From the NCBI GenBank assembly GCA_964250195.1, contig CAXUEU010000003.1, positions 1 through 60,262 of the forward strand: 60,262 bases of DNA. The letters are read 5' to 3'. Source of the stretch: an uncultured Acidobacteriaceae bacterium (GTDB lineage Bacteria > Acidobacteriota > Terriglobia > Terriglobales > Acidobacteriaceae). Positions 28,344 through 37,979 of the stretch are shown one piece after another; the first letter of the stretch is position 1; every line of letters begins with the position of its first letter. The position numbers were made by a program, and so were the translations under genes. The notes below the pieces were generated by a model. It ran no database searches. It worked only from the letters and a program-made list of their open reading frames with translations, and was not told the origin of the DNA.

Positions 28344-29466
28344 GGCCCGAGTCTACAAGCGGCCTGATGCCTTGATTCGCGGGCACCATCCCATCTCGAC
28401 CCGTGAAGGACCCGGCAGCTGAAAGCGAAGTCTCCCGGGGTACCCGGCCCAAGTCCAAGCCCCATGCCGCATCCACCAGGCGCTGCTCCAAAATCAGCGT
28501 GATCAGGCACGCGGTGAGAGGAATGAGTTCGCCGAAGATACGGGGCTCGACCAGGAGGCCGAAAAAGGCCATGAAACCGAGCCAGACCCAATAGCAGGAA
28601 AGCCAGGTCTTCAGGACCGCATCCTGCACCGATCGCCTGTGGAGGATCAGAAAAGGCCATAGATAGCCGAGGGCGGAGAAGATCTGCGGCCAGGAAAGCG
28701 GGATCAGCAAGCTGCCGAGATTGAGCCGGAAACGAGGCCCGGCAGCGCTGCCATTGTGCGCGAACCGGTGCGCCAGCCAGAAATGCAGCCCCGTCCAAAA
28801 GGCGAGCGGGAAGAGGCAAGACCGCAGCGTCGCGAGTGACTTGACGCCTCGCGCGCGATCGCGCGTTGCGAGAAAAGGGAGCAGGAGCAGCGTGGTTTCA
28901 CGATTGGGGGTAGCGACGACGAAAAGGGCATAGAACGGCAACAGCCCTCGACCCTCGTAAAGAAGCAGCAGGCCGAGAGAGAACGCCGCCATGCCCGGCA
29001 AGTCGTACACGAAGCGGATGTTATGGTGCGTCGCTCCCGAGTAGGTGACGAACGAGAGGACAAGGGTCAGCGGCCACACAAGCCAACCCAGCAGACCGTG
29101 CCGCGAAGCTTTTCTGTAAAGCTGAAAGCCGGCCCAGCACGCCAGAAGCAGCGATACGAAATCGACGCCTGCCTCCGCGATCCCTTCCGGACTGACCCCG
29201 CCCGGAAACCATGCGGGAAGCCCGCCGAGGCGCTCCGAACAAGCGTGCAAGGTGGATGAGTTGTGCGCCCATCTTAGAGGTTCCATCAGCAAGAGTCTGG
29301 ATTGAAAAGGTGTTCGTTCCAGGCCTTGCTCATAGGCGGCGAAATCGATTCCGGATGGGGTCCGGCTTAGATAGATCCAAACGAATTGGACCGTCGCCAG
29401 GATGCAGCACGCCAGATAGACGAGGCGGGTGAATCGCGCCCGGCCGGGGAGTTTATCTTCCCGCAT
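28285..29466 (-). CDS. Polytopic membrane protein of unknown function (possible GT-C fold)
   Basis: Many TM segments; charged loop motifs PFQSRLL, YDLP, NRET, EPRIFGE. Confidence 0.65.
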   Translation of the reverse strand: MREDKLPGRARFTRLVYLACCILATVQFVWIYLSRTPSGIDFAAYEQGLERTPFQSRLLLMEPLRWAHNSSTLHACSERLGGLPAWFPGGVSPEGIAEAGVDFVSLLLACWAGFQLYRKASRHGLLGWLVWPLTLVLSFVTYSGATHHNIRFVYDLPGMAAFSLGLLLLYEGRGLLPFYALFVVATPNRETTLLLLPFLATRDRARGVKSLATLRSCLFPLAFWTGLHFWLAHRFAHNGSAAGPRFRLNLGSLLIPLSWPQIFSALGYLWPFLILHRRSVQDAVLKTWLSCYWVWLGFMAFFGLLVEPRIFGELIPLTACLITLILEQRLVDAAWGLDLGRVPRETSLSAAGSFTGRDGMVPANQGIRPLVDSGHGDCVFDSHDRSGVGSPGP

Positions 29467-31006
29467 TGGCCGAGCCCAAACCGCTTCTCTCGAACAGGAT
29501 GGTCGTCTTATCCTGGTAATCGATCTTCCAGGAAGGCAGCTGCTCGAGGAAGTAAGCGAGCGAGCTGTCCCGGCTGAACAGGACGTAGCGGATTCTATCC
29601 TTATCGAGCACGGCCAGGGTCTTTTTCAGCTCCAGTACATCCAGATAGTCCTGGAAGGTGCCGCGCCGCTCGAAGATATCGACGCGCGAGTCGATGAAGA
29701 CGGGAATGTTGTGGGCGTAGAACTCGAGATAGCCGCCCCAGAGATACTCGTTGAACAACGGCCCCTGAGGCCGAAAACTCCGCAAGAAGGGCAATGCCTG
29801 CGCCGGATAGCCCGTGGTCTCGGAAATACCGGCTTTCCGGAAGTGATACATCCGCCCGGCGGAGAAAACAGCTAAACCCAAAAGGCACAGGTGCAGAAGA
29901 CCGCGGCTTTCGCGCGGCGGAGTACGCGGCCGGCACGCGAGGTCCCGCGCGAAGCACGGAACGCTCAGGATCGCCGCGAGAAACAGGAAGCGCGTGTGCA
30001 TGCATGCCGCGTACACGCCGACGAAGCAAAAGACGAGCTGGTGAGGAGTCCAGGTTCGCCGGCGTGCTATCTGCGCCACGAAGCCGAACCCGAGCAGGGC
30101 GAGAAACACGCGAGCGCGCAACGTATGGCTGTCCAGAGGCTGCCATTCCTGGACGTGAGCGATGTTCAGCTTTTGCTTGAACGCGAGATCGAATGGATAG
30201 GCGACGAGCTTCCAGCCATATGGATTCGCGAACAAGGCGGCGAAGCTCACGCCCAGCACCGCCGGCAGCAGCCGCCGCTCACGTGTCTGCCATCGTCGGC
30301 CCTGGATTGCACCGACATGTACCTCGAGTAGGCCGCACAAGAAATAAAAGGTGAGCAGAACGAAACCGATCAGCCAGGAACCGTGCAGGTTTACCCAGAA
30401 CAGGAACAGCGCGGGTAGGAGCCACAAAGCCCGGCCCGCGGAATCCCCGGTCCTGCGGCTCTCCTCAAAGCGCGCCAAAAGCAGGAGTTCGCAGACGAGG
30501 CACACCCAGCCGAAAAGCAGCGTGCGGGGCCCATAGCTGACGGTTCCGAGCACGACCGAGACAAGGGTCAGCACCCATGCCGCGAGAGGATTTCCAGACT
30601 CGCGGCGTGCCAGGAGATAGATCCCCAGAAAGATAAAGCCGAGAAGAACCGCCGTGAGCAGAAAGAGGCCTGTCGCGCCGCCGGCTTGAAAAACCAGATA
30701 GAACGGCAGCTCCGCCAACCATTCATGATCGATCCACGGCATTCCGGCCGTGGTGTAGGCGAAGCTGTCCTGCCGGGGCCAGCTGCCTGTGGCCACCATG
30801 GTCTGGGCGTTTCGGAGGTGCCAGTAGATGTCCGGGTCGGCCATGGGCTGCATGGCGAAGACGAGGACGACTAAGGCCAACAGGCTGACGAGCAAGGCCT
30901 CGAAACCGAACTCTAGCCGCCGGGAAGTTGGGGACGCGACCGGGTTGCTGGGCCGTTCGTAAACCGCCGTGGACACTTGCACTGCTGGCCTTCTCTCGCT
31001 TTTCAA
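29453..31006 (-). CDS. Polytopic membrane protein, GT-C-like glycosyltransferase candidate
   Basis: TM1 followed by DPDIYWH..HEWL loop, WVNLHGS, ANPYG, EWQP; soluble C-domain with FIDSRVD. Confidence 0.7.
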   Translation of the reverse strand: MKSERRPAVQVSTAVYERPSNPVASPTSRRLEFGFEALLVSLLALVVLVFAMQPMADPDIYWHLRNAQTMVATGSWPRQDSFAYTTAGMPWIDHEWLAELPFYLVFQAGGATGLFLLTAVLLGFIFLGIYLLARRESGNPLAAWVLTLVSVVLGTVSYGPRTLLFGWVCLVCELLLLARFEESRRTGDSAGRALWLLPALFLFWVNLHGSWLIGFVLLTFYFLCGLLEVHVGAIQGRRWQTRERRLLPAVLGVSFAALFANPYGWKLVAYPFDLAFKQKLNIAHVQEWQPLDSHTLRARVFLALLGFGFVAQIARRRTWTPHQLVFCFVGVYAACMHTRFLFLAAILSVPCFARDLACRPRTPPRESRGLLHLCLLGLAVFSAGRMYHFRKAGISETTGYPAQALPFLRSFRPQGPLFNEYLWGGYLEFYAHNIPVFIDSRVDIFERRGTFQDYLDVLELKKTLAVLDKDRIRYVLFSRDSSLAYFLEQLPSWKIDYQDKTTILFERSGLGSANAGR

Positions 31007-31251
31007 CCGGAGTTGCTTCCGCTGGGCACAGCCTAAAGCCGCCGCGGCGGAAGCCGGTGCGGTTTCACTCGATTTCGCCGCACTTTAGTACCGCTTCGGG
31101 AAAAACGAGCGCCCCAAGCGCTTATTCGGCAACGGCATTACTTACGTCATCTATTCCGGCCGAGGCAAAGGGACGATAGAGAGAACACGCCGCGGCCCGT
31201 GTTCGAAAGCGCATGGCTCGGAAAAATCGAGAGATCCAAAAAGGGAGACAC

Positions 31252-31434
31252 ATGAACCGTATCAAGCAGCTTGTCGTTCGATTCGCGGCCGACGAATCCG
31301 GCCAAAACCTCGTCGAATACGCACTCGTGGTCGTGCTGGTAGCTCTGGCCGCGATCACGGCCATGGGCACCGTGGGCAATTCCATCAATTCGGCTTTCAC
31401 GAAGATCGGAATCTCGCTGAACAGCGCGATCTAG
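31252..31434 (+). CDS. flp: Flp family type IVb/c pilin
   Basis: DESG|QNLVEYAL followed by a hydrophobic helix; GGGAG SD. Confidence 0.93.
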   Translation: MNRIKQLVVRFAADESGQNLVEYALVVVLVALAAITAMGTVGNSINSAFTKIGISLNSAI

Positions 31435-31469
31435 CAGGCGCTGTCCATCGGTTCGCAGCTCAATCAACG

Positions 31470-31503
31470 AGGTGAGACCCGAGTTGGAGCAGGTGTCTCA
31501 CCT
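31470..31503. other. Stem-loop downstream of the pilin gene
   Basis: Inverted arms AGGTGAGAC / GTCTCACCT. Confidence 0.45.
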
Positions 31504-31628
31504 GGGCGTCGCCCGTCGGGAAGTTCCATGGGCTCGCTCCGAAGCTCCATTCTCACTTAAGCGGCAGGGCTGCTTTCGGCGGCACTGCCTGCACGAATCA
31601 GCGCGCCAAGCAAGACGGGAGGAAGAGC

Positions 31629-32159
31629 ATGCACACAATGAGCGTCGAAACCGCCTACGCTGCCTCCGGGCTCCTTTGCTCCGGGCGAGCGTGCGTCTCG
31701 GACTTGCAGGAAGGACGTATCCCGAACGGGCTATCCGTGGCGGGGATCCTTCTTGGCTTGAGCCTTCACGCGATCTTGGGCGGCCGGCGAGAGCTCTTCT
31801 CTTCCGCTGCGTGCGGCTTTTTCCTGGGTACCTTCTTTCTCGCGTTCTACCTCCTGGGTGGAATGGGAGCGGGGGACGTCAAGATCGGGACGGCCCTCGG
31901 CTGCCTTCTGGGCTCGAGCTTTTGGAAAGTCTTTTTCATGGGCACCACCGTGAGCGGCGCCGTGCTGGCGTTGACCTTTCTTTTCTTGAGTAAGCACCCC
32001 GCAGCCGCATCGGCCCTAACACGCACCTTCAAGGGGTTCAGGACAGGGAACGAGCCGCGCTGCTCTCGTCCCAGTCTTGCGATCCCCTACGCGCTTCCGC
32101 TGTTCCTTGGCTGCTGCTGCTCCGCTTTCCAAGTTCTGACGAGAGCGGGTGCCCGATGA
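31629..32159 (+). CDS. cpaA: A24 prepilin peptidase CpaA/TadV
   Basis: SDLQEGRIPN, GGMGAGDVK, IPYALP. Confidence 0.88.
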   Translation: MHTMSVETAYAASGLLCSGRACVSDLQEGRIPNGLSVAGILLGLSLHAILGGRRELFSSAACGFFLGTFFLAFYLLGGMGAGDVKIGTALGCLLGSSFWKVFFMGTTVSGAVLALTFLFLSKHPAAASALTRTFKGFRTGNEPRCSRPSLAIPYALPLFLGCCCSAFQVLTRAGAR

Positions 32160-32986
32160 TGCAGCGCGTGCTCTTGGCCCTTTGCATCTCATTCGCCTTT
32201 TCCTCCGCGGTCATGCTCCTGCTTGGACGCGGTGCCAGGAATCACGGTCCCGTTGTGCCCGAGCTCAAGTACGTGGCGCTCGCCGCGGACGTCGAGATCG
32301 GCCAAGTCATCACGGAGGCCGATCTTCTTGAAGTCTCCTGGCCGGTCGCTCGCGGGCTTGAGGGTGGTTTGACGGCACGGACTCAGGCCATCGGCAGGAC
32401 CGCCCTGGTGCCCTTGAAGAAGGGGCAGCCGCTCTTGACGCAGTACCTCTCGGCCCCCGGAGCCGGAACCGGCCTGGCCGCGCGCATTCCCGACGGCATG
32501 CGCGCCGTCGCGCTGCGATCCGACGAGATCGTGGGAGTCGGAGGTTTCGTGCACCCGGGCTCCCACGTGGACGTTCTGGTGACGTGCAGGGTGCGCGCCG
32601 ACGTGGAACTGTCGACCGTGACCGCGCTCGAGAATGCCGAAGTCATCGCGACCGGTCAACGCTCCCAACCTGACCCTTCGGGAAAACCCGAGTTGGTGAC
32701 GGTCGTCACGCTGCTGCTCACGCCCGAAAACGCGGAACGTGCCGTCATCGCCGCGTCTCAGGGAAGCGTTCACCTCGTGCTCCGCAACAACACCGATACG
32801 CGGGCGTCCGCGCCGAATCCGATGCAGCTTTCATCGCTCGCGGGAACGCCCCCCGCCCCCAAGCCTTCCGTCCCCAAGAAGGCGGATGTAGTCCGTGCGC
32901 CGAACCGCCTATCTGAACCGACCATCGAAACGGTGCTGGACGGAGCGACTCAAAGCGCCGACGCGGGAATGCGTGGCACACGATGA
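32156..32986 (+). CDS. cpaB: Flp pilus assembly protein CpaB/RcpC
   Basis: SAF domain, IPDGMRAVAL, GVGGFVHPGSHVDVL, VTLLLTP, LVLRN. Confidence 0.9.
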   Translation: MMQRVLLALCISFAFSSAVMLLLGRGARNHGPVVPELKYVALAADVEIGQVITEADLLEVSWPVARGLEGGLTARTQAIGRTALVPLKKGQPLLTQYLSAPGAGTGLAARIPDGMRAVALRSDEIVGVGGFVHPGSHVDVLVTCRVRADVELSTVTALENAEVIATGQRSQPDPSGKPELVTVVTLLLTPENAERAVIAASQGSVHLVLRNNTDTRASAPNPMQLSSLAGTPPAPKPSVPKKADVVRAPNRLSEPTIETVLDGATQSADAGMRGTR

Positions 32987-34404
32987 AGACGGCTCGATTG
33001 CTGCACCCCGCTTGTCGCCGTCCGGCATCCATCCTCTTTACGATTCTTCTGGCGATGCTTGCGGCCAATGCCCGCGCAGACCTCGCTGAAACCGCCTCCG
33101 CCGCCTCGAACGACGTGGAACTCGGCGTTACGAGCCCCGACCTGACGATCCACCTGACGGTTGGCCACTCCCGAGTTTTGTCCTCGAAGGTGCCGCTGAA
33201 ACGCGTTTACGTCGGCGATCCGGCGGTCATCCACACCTTCAACTCCGGCGCGAACGAGGTGTTGATCACGGCCAAATCCGCCGGCGCGAGCAGCCTGGCG
33301 CTATGGGATGCCAAAGGAACGCGCTACGTATATAGCGTGGCAGCGGACGTCGACACGACATCCCTCCGGGAAGCTCTCGCCGGTGCCCTGCCTTTTTCAA
33401 AGGTGCGTATCCATGCAAACCAGGCGAAAACGATCCTCGACGGCTATGTAGATACCGCGGCGGACCTGGAGACCGTATCGAAAGTCGCCTCCTCTTATTC
33501 CAAGGACGTGCTGAACAACATCCAGATCGCGGAAGTGAAGGAGACCCAGGTCGAGCTGAAGCTTCGCATCATCGAAATCGACAGAACCAAGCTCGAACAG
33601 TTCGGCCTCAATATTTTCTCGTCCGGAAACAACACCACAGGTGCCACCACGCAGCAGTTTGGAGCCGTTCAGTACACACCCAACCCCGCGACAGGCTCGA
33701 ATACGCTGACCTTCGATCCGCTCAACCTGCTCTTCTACAGCGCGTCGAGCCACGCGGGGGTGACGGTCCGAGATCTCGAACAGAAAGACGTCATCCAAGT
33801 GTTGGCCGAACCCACCCTGACGACCCTCAGCGGGCAAGCGGCGAAGTTCCTGTCGGGCGGAGAATTTCCGTTTCCCGTGGTGCAGGGCGGGACAGCGAAC
33901 TCGACGGCCATCACCATCATGTTTCGTCCGTATGGCGTAAAAGTCGACTTCACGCCGGTAGTCGGCAGAAACGGCCTTATTCGACTCAAGATCAACCCCG
34001 AAGTGAGCACCCTCGACTACTCCAACGCCGTTACGATCTCCGGATTCACGATTCCGGCGCTGTCCACCAGGCGAGCGGAAAGCGAAATCGAGATACGCGA
34101 CGGCGAGAGCTTCATGCTTTCAGGACTGCTCGACCATCGAGCGACGGAGGTGCTCAGCAAGGTGCCCGGAATCGCCGACGTTCCCATTCTCGGACAGTTG
34201 TTTCGCTCGAAAAATCTCAACCACTCCGTCGTCGAACTCGTAGTCCTGGTGACGGCGCGCATTCTGGATCCAAGGGAGGCGTTGCCCGCGATCAAGGAGC
34301 CGGTCTTACCGGTGAAGAACCTGGACCAGCCCGCGTTTGACGCCGTTCTGAGCGACAAAAAGCAATCCGACCCGAAGATCACAGCCGCAAGCCCGAAGCC
34401 ATAG
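32983..34404 (+). CDS. cpaC: Tad secretin CpaC/RcpA
   Basis: LAEPTL, FLSGGEFP, PEVSTLD, KVPGIADVPILGQLFRS. Confidence 0.9.
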   Translation: MKTARLLHPACRRPASILFTILLAMLAANARADLAETASAASNDVELGVTSPDLTIHLTVGHSRVLSSKVPLKRVYVGDPAVIHTFNSGANEVLITAKSAGASSLALWDAKGTRYVYSVAADVDTTSLREALAGALPFSKVRIHANQAKTILDGYVDTAADLETVSKVASSYSKDVLNNIQIAEVKETQVELKLRIIEIDRTKLEQFGLNIFSSGNNTTGATTQQFGAVQYTPNPATGSNTLTFDPLNLLFYSASSHAGVTVRDLEQKDVIQVLAEPTLTTLSGQAAKFLSGGEFPFPVVQGGTANSTAITIMFRPYGVKVDFTPVVGRNGLIRLKINPEVSTLDYSNAVTISGFTIPALSTRRAESEIEIRDGESFMLSGLLDHRATEVLSKVPGIADVPILGQLFRSKNLNHSVVELVVLVTARILDPREALPAIKEPVLPVKNLDQPAFDAVLSDKKQSDPKITAASPKP

Positions 34405-34412
34405 GTATCTCC

Positions 34413-35657
34413 ATGGACCCAGAGAGAAAAACACTCAAGCAGGCAGTCTTTTGCGTCTGCACGGACGAAGGCGTCAACGCCGGCGTCGATGCCGCCGTCG
34501 GAAAACGGGAAGACGCGGAGTTCTTCGGCGTTTTCCCCGACTATATGACGGCGGACAAAAGACCGCACTTCTCTCCGGCGCTGCGGGAAGCGGAAGCCAG
34601 GGTCGCGCTGGTCGATTTCGAGCGTGAGCCCTCGGCGGCGGTCCGTACCGTGACGCGGCTGATCCAGATGTTCGGAAAGGAGATCGACGTCGTCGGCGTC
34701 GGTAAGTCTCAGGACGCCTCCCTCCTGCTACAGGCGATGCGCGCCGGGTGCGCCGAATTTTTGCTGCAGCCGGTAACGCAGGAGGATATCGGCGCCGCCC
34801 TGGCCAAGTTTCGAGAGCATCTCGGCCATGACCAGCGGAGCAAGTCGACTTCAGGCCGGATCGTCGCGTTTTTCGGCGCGAAAGGAGGCGTGGGTTCTAC
34901 GACACTGGCCGTGCACCTGGCCATCGCGCTTTGCGTCAAGCACAAGAAGCGTGTTCTCTTGATCGACCATAAGCACCAGCTGGGCCATGTAACCCTGTAT
35001 CTCGGCTTGAGGGAAACCCGCTATCACTTCACGGAACTCGTCAGGAGCGCGAAGAGGCTAGACCGCAAACTCCTGGAAGGGTTCGTCATTCGGCACGAGA
35101 GCGGTCTCGAGGTGATCGGGTCACCCGAGAATGCGGCCTTGACGCAGGGTGGAACTCGAGACGACCTGCATCGGGTCATGGACTTCCTCCGCCTGGAGTA
35201 CGACTACATCCTGGTTGATTCAGTCATGGGAACGGAGGAGGCCACCATTTCGCTGATAGAACAGGCGGACGACATCAATCTCATCGCCACTCCCGACGTA
35301 GCGGCGCTGCGGGATCTGTCGCGATTGATCGAGAACATGGCACTTGGGGAAAGCGGCGTGGCCAAGTTGCGGCTGGTGATCAATCGCGCGACCGCCAATG
35401 ACTCCATCTCCGCGGAACAAATCAAGAAGATAGCCAACTTTCCGGTATCCGTCAGTATCGACAACAACTATTTCGAAGTCATGAAGGCGATCAATGCGGG
35501 CGAGCCGGCGAATCTGCGTGAAGACTCGGCTTTCGGGCGGCAGATGTTCAAGTGGGCAGCTCTCACTCTGGGGACGGGACCGGGTGCACAGAGCATCGTC
35601 GACAGGCCGGCGACCTTGCAAGCCCGCCTGAGAAAACTGGTGCGCCGTCATGGATGA
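34413..35657 (+). CDS. cpaE: Pilus assembly protein CpaE/TadZ
   Basis: Receiver-like domain (QAMRAG) plus MinD-like GAKGGVGSTT. Confidence 0.88.
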   Translation: MDPERKTLKQAVFCVCTDEGVNAGVDAAVGKREDAEFFGVFPDYMTADKRPHFSPALREAEARVALVDFEREPSAAVRTVTRLIQMFGKEIDVVGVGKSQDASLLLQAMRAGCAEFLLQPVTQEDIGAALAKFREHLGHDQRSKSTSGRIVAFFGAKGGVGSTTLAVHLAIALCVKHKKRVLLIDHKHQLGHVTLYLGLRETRYHFTELVRSAKRLDRKLLEGFVIRHESGLEVIGSPENAALTQGGTRDDLHRVMDFLRLEYDYILVDSVMGTEEATISLIEQADDINLIATPDVAALRDLSRLIENMALGESGVAKLRLVINRATANDSISAEQIKKIANFPVSVSIDNNYFEVMKAINAGEPANLREDSAFGRQMFKWAALTLGTGPGAQSIVDRPATLQARLRKLVRRHG

Positions 35658-37020
35658 AGAGGTTCTCTACCTGACCTTGCCGGCGAAAGCCGCTTCTTCA
35701 AAAGAGCGGCGGGAGCCGCTGCCTCAAAGCGCCTCGCAGTTCAACAGTCTAAAAAGCACCGTACACGCGGAGCTCATCAAGCGCGTCGATTTGGACAAGC
35801 TGGCGTCCATGCAGGGGCGAGATGCCGGAGGCCGTCAAAGGCTCTTCGAGTTCGTCATGCAGCTGATCGGCGAGCAGGGCGTGCCCCTCAGCGCCGGGGA
35901 GCGGGATCAGACCGCGAAGGAGGTGCTCGATGAAGTCTTCGGATTGGGCCCGCTGGAGCCGCTTCTTCTCAATCCCGAGATCAGCGACATCCTCGTCAAC
36001 GGTCACTCTTCGGTTTACGTCGAGAAGCGCGGCGTTCTCGAGAAAACCGCGGTGGCGTTTCGGGACGACGCGCATGTCATGCACATCATCGACAAGATCG
36101 TCTCGGCGGTGGGCCGGCGCGTCGACGAGTCTTGCCCGATGGTGGACGCGCGATTGCGGGACGGTTCGCGCGTCAACGTCGTGATCCCTCCTCTGTCGAT
36201 CGACGGCCCCGCAATCTCGATCCGGCGCTTCGGCGCGAAGCCGCTCGAAGCGGCGGATTACCTCCGCACGGGAACACTGACCGGCGCCATGCTGACGTTC
36301 CTGGAAGCCGCGGTGCAGACGCGGCTGAACATCGTGGTCTCCGGCGGAACCGGCGCGGGAAAGACGACTTTGTTGAACGTCTTGTCGGGGTATATCTCGT
36401 CGAAGGAGCGGATCGTCACGATCGAGGACTCGGCGGAGTTGAAGCTGAAACAAATGCATGTCGTGCGATTGGAATGCCGCCCCGCCAACCTCGAAGGCGA
36501 CGGGGCGGTGAGGCAGCGAGAGCTGCTGGTCAACGCCTTACGGATGCGTCCGGACCGCATCGTGGTCGGGGAGGTCAGGGGCGGCGAGGCGCTCGATATG
36601 CTGCAGGCGATGAACACCGGACACGACGGGTCCCTGACGACGGTGCACGCCAACACGCCTCGCGATGCAATCGCGCGTGTCGAAACCATGGTGCTGATGG
36701 GCGAAGTGGGCTTGCCTGAGCGCGCCATCCGTGCCCAGATAGCCTCCGCCGTCGACCTGATCGTGCAGGTGTCGCGGCTGAGCGACGGAACCAGGCGCAT
36801 CACCCACATCACCGAAATCAGCGGCGTCAACGGCGAACTCATCAGCCTGCAGGACATCTTCACGTTCCAAAAGAGAGGCCTGGACGCGGACGGAAAGGTA
36901 ATCGGCAGCCATCTCTGTTCCGGGATCGTCCCGAAGTGCATGGAGCGTTTCAGAGAGGCCGGTCATCCCATTCCGGCGAGCTTGTTCACGCCCCAGCAGC
37001 CTTCGCCGGGGGGCGCATAG
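35650..37020 (+). CDS. cpaF: Tad secretion ATPase CpaF/TadA
   Basis: GLGPLEPLL, GGTGAGKTT, TIEDSAEL, RMRPDRIVVGEVRG, AMNTGHDG. Confidence 0.95.
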   Translation: MDEEVLYLTLPAKAASSKERREPLPQSASQFNSLKSTVHAELIKRVDLDKLASMQGRDAGGRQRLFEFVMQLIGEQGVPLSAGERDQTAKEVLDEVFGLGPLEPLLLNPEISDILVNGHSSVYVEKRGVLEKTAVAFRDDAHVMHIIDKIVSAVGRRVDESCPMVDARLRDGSRVNVVIPPLSIDGPAISIRRFGAKPLEAADYLRTGTLTGAMLTFLEAAVQTRLNIVVSGGTGAGKTTLLNVLSGYISSKERIVTIEDSAELKLKQMHVVRLECRPANLEGDGAVRQRELLVNALRMRPDRIVVGEVRGGEALDMLQAMNTGHDGSLTTVHANTPRDAIARVETMVLMGEVGLPERAIRAQIASAVDLIVQVSRLSDGTRRITHITEISGVNGELISLQDIFTFQKRGLDADGKVIGSHLCSGIVPKCMERFREAGHPIPASLFTPQQPSPGGA

Positions 37021-37022
37021 AC

Positions 37023-37979
37023 ATGTGGGAGTTTCCTCTGCTTCTGGCAACGTCGTTCCTGGCGTGCCTCGTGGTTCTGTCCGGCACCAAGAGCAGCCGG
37101 GCGTTCGAGAAGCGCCTCGCCGGTCTCAAACGCGCCCTGCCCGATGCGGTGCTCGTGCAAGGCATGTCGATTGAGGAGCGCGGACTCCAGGTCTATGTCG
37201 CGAGAAAGCTGGAGGCTCTGCTGGCCCGGGCGGGAAAGATAGGCTGGTTGGCAGCGTTGCGCAAAGAAAGCGGGACCGATTTGGCCGGTAGTACGCTCGC
37301 GCGCCAATTGGTGATCTGTGCGCTGGCGGGCGCCGTCCTCGCGGGGGCAAGCACGCGCAGCTTTCTCGGCGCTCTTGCGGGAGGCCTCCTGGCGACCGGT
37401 CTGCCTTTTGGATTGCTGCTGTACAAGCGCAAGCAGAGGCTCGTGCGGGTGGAAGCGGCGTTGCCGGGCGCGATCGACCTGATGACGCGCTCTCTCCGCG
37501 CGGGGCACTCCCTGGGATCGGCTTTCGAAATACTCGCGAAAAACAGCCCTAAACCATTAGATGAAGAGTTCACGCTCATCTCGCAGCAGCAGAAGCACGG
37601 TGCGATGTTTCGAGACACCATGCGTGAGTTTTCGCGGCGGGTGCCGTCCGGCAATCTTCGCTTCCTGGTCACCGGCATCCTGCTTCAGCACGAGAGCGGG
37701 GGCGATCTGACGGAGATGCTCGACACGATACGAGGGGTGATCGCGGATCGAGCGAGAATTGCCGGACTGGTGCGGGTGCACAGCGCGCAAGGCCGGTTCA
37801 CGGGTTGGGTTCTCAGCGGGCTTCCGGTCGCGCTGCTGGTTCTGATGCACTTCGTCAATTCCCTCTACGTGCGCGTGTTTTGGGAAGACCCTACGGGAAG
37901 AAAGCTTCTTCTCGCCTGCTTCCTGTTCATCGCCACCGGCCTCGCTGTCATCCGCAAGATCGTCGCGGTGAAGCAATGA
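37023..37979 (+). CDS. tadB: Tad inner-membrane platform protein TadB
   Basis: T2SS-F domain: RSLRAGHS, ESGGDL, SAQGR. Confidence 0.88.
   Translation: MWEFPLLLATSFLACLVVLSGTKSSRAFEKRLAGLKRALPDAVLVQGMSIEERGLQVYVARKLEALLARAGKIGWLAALRKESGTDLAGSTLARQLVICALAGAVLAGASTRSFLGALAGGLLATGLPFGLLLYKRKQRLVRVEAALPGAIDLMTRSLRAGHSLGSAFEILAKNSPKPLDEEFTLISQQQKHGAMFRDTMREFSRRVPSGNLRFLVTGILLQHESGGDLTEMLDTIRGVIADRARIAGLVRVHSAQGRFTGWVLSGLPVALLVLMHFVNSLYVRVFWEDPTGRKLLLACFLFIATGLAVIRKIVAVKQ

Noticed and set aside
31007-31251. c-di-GMP riboswitch upstream of flp
   Set aside because: Only scattered GGCAAA/GAAA words; the conserved two-hairpin arrangement could not be built
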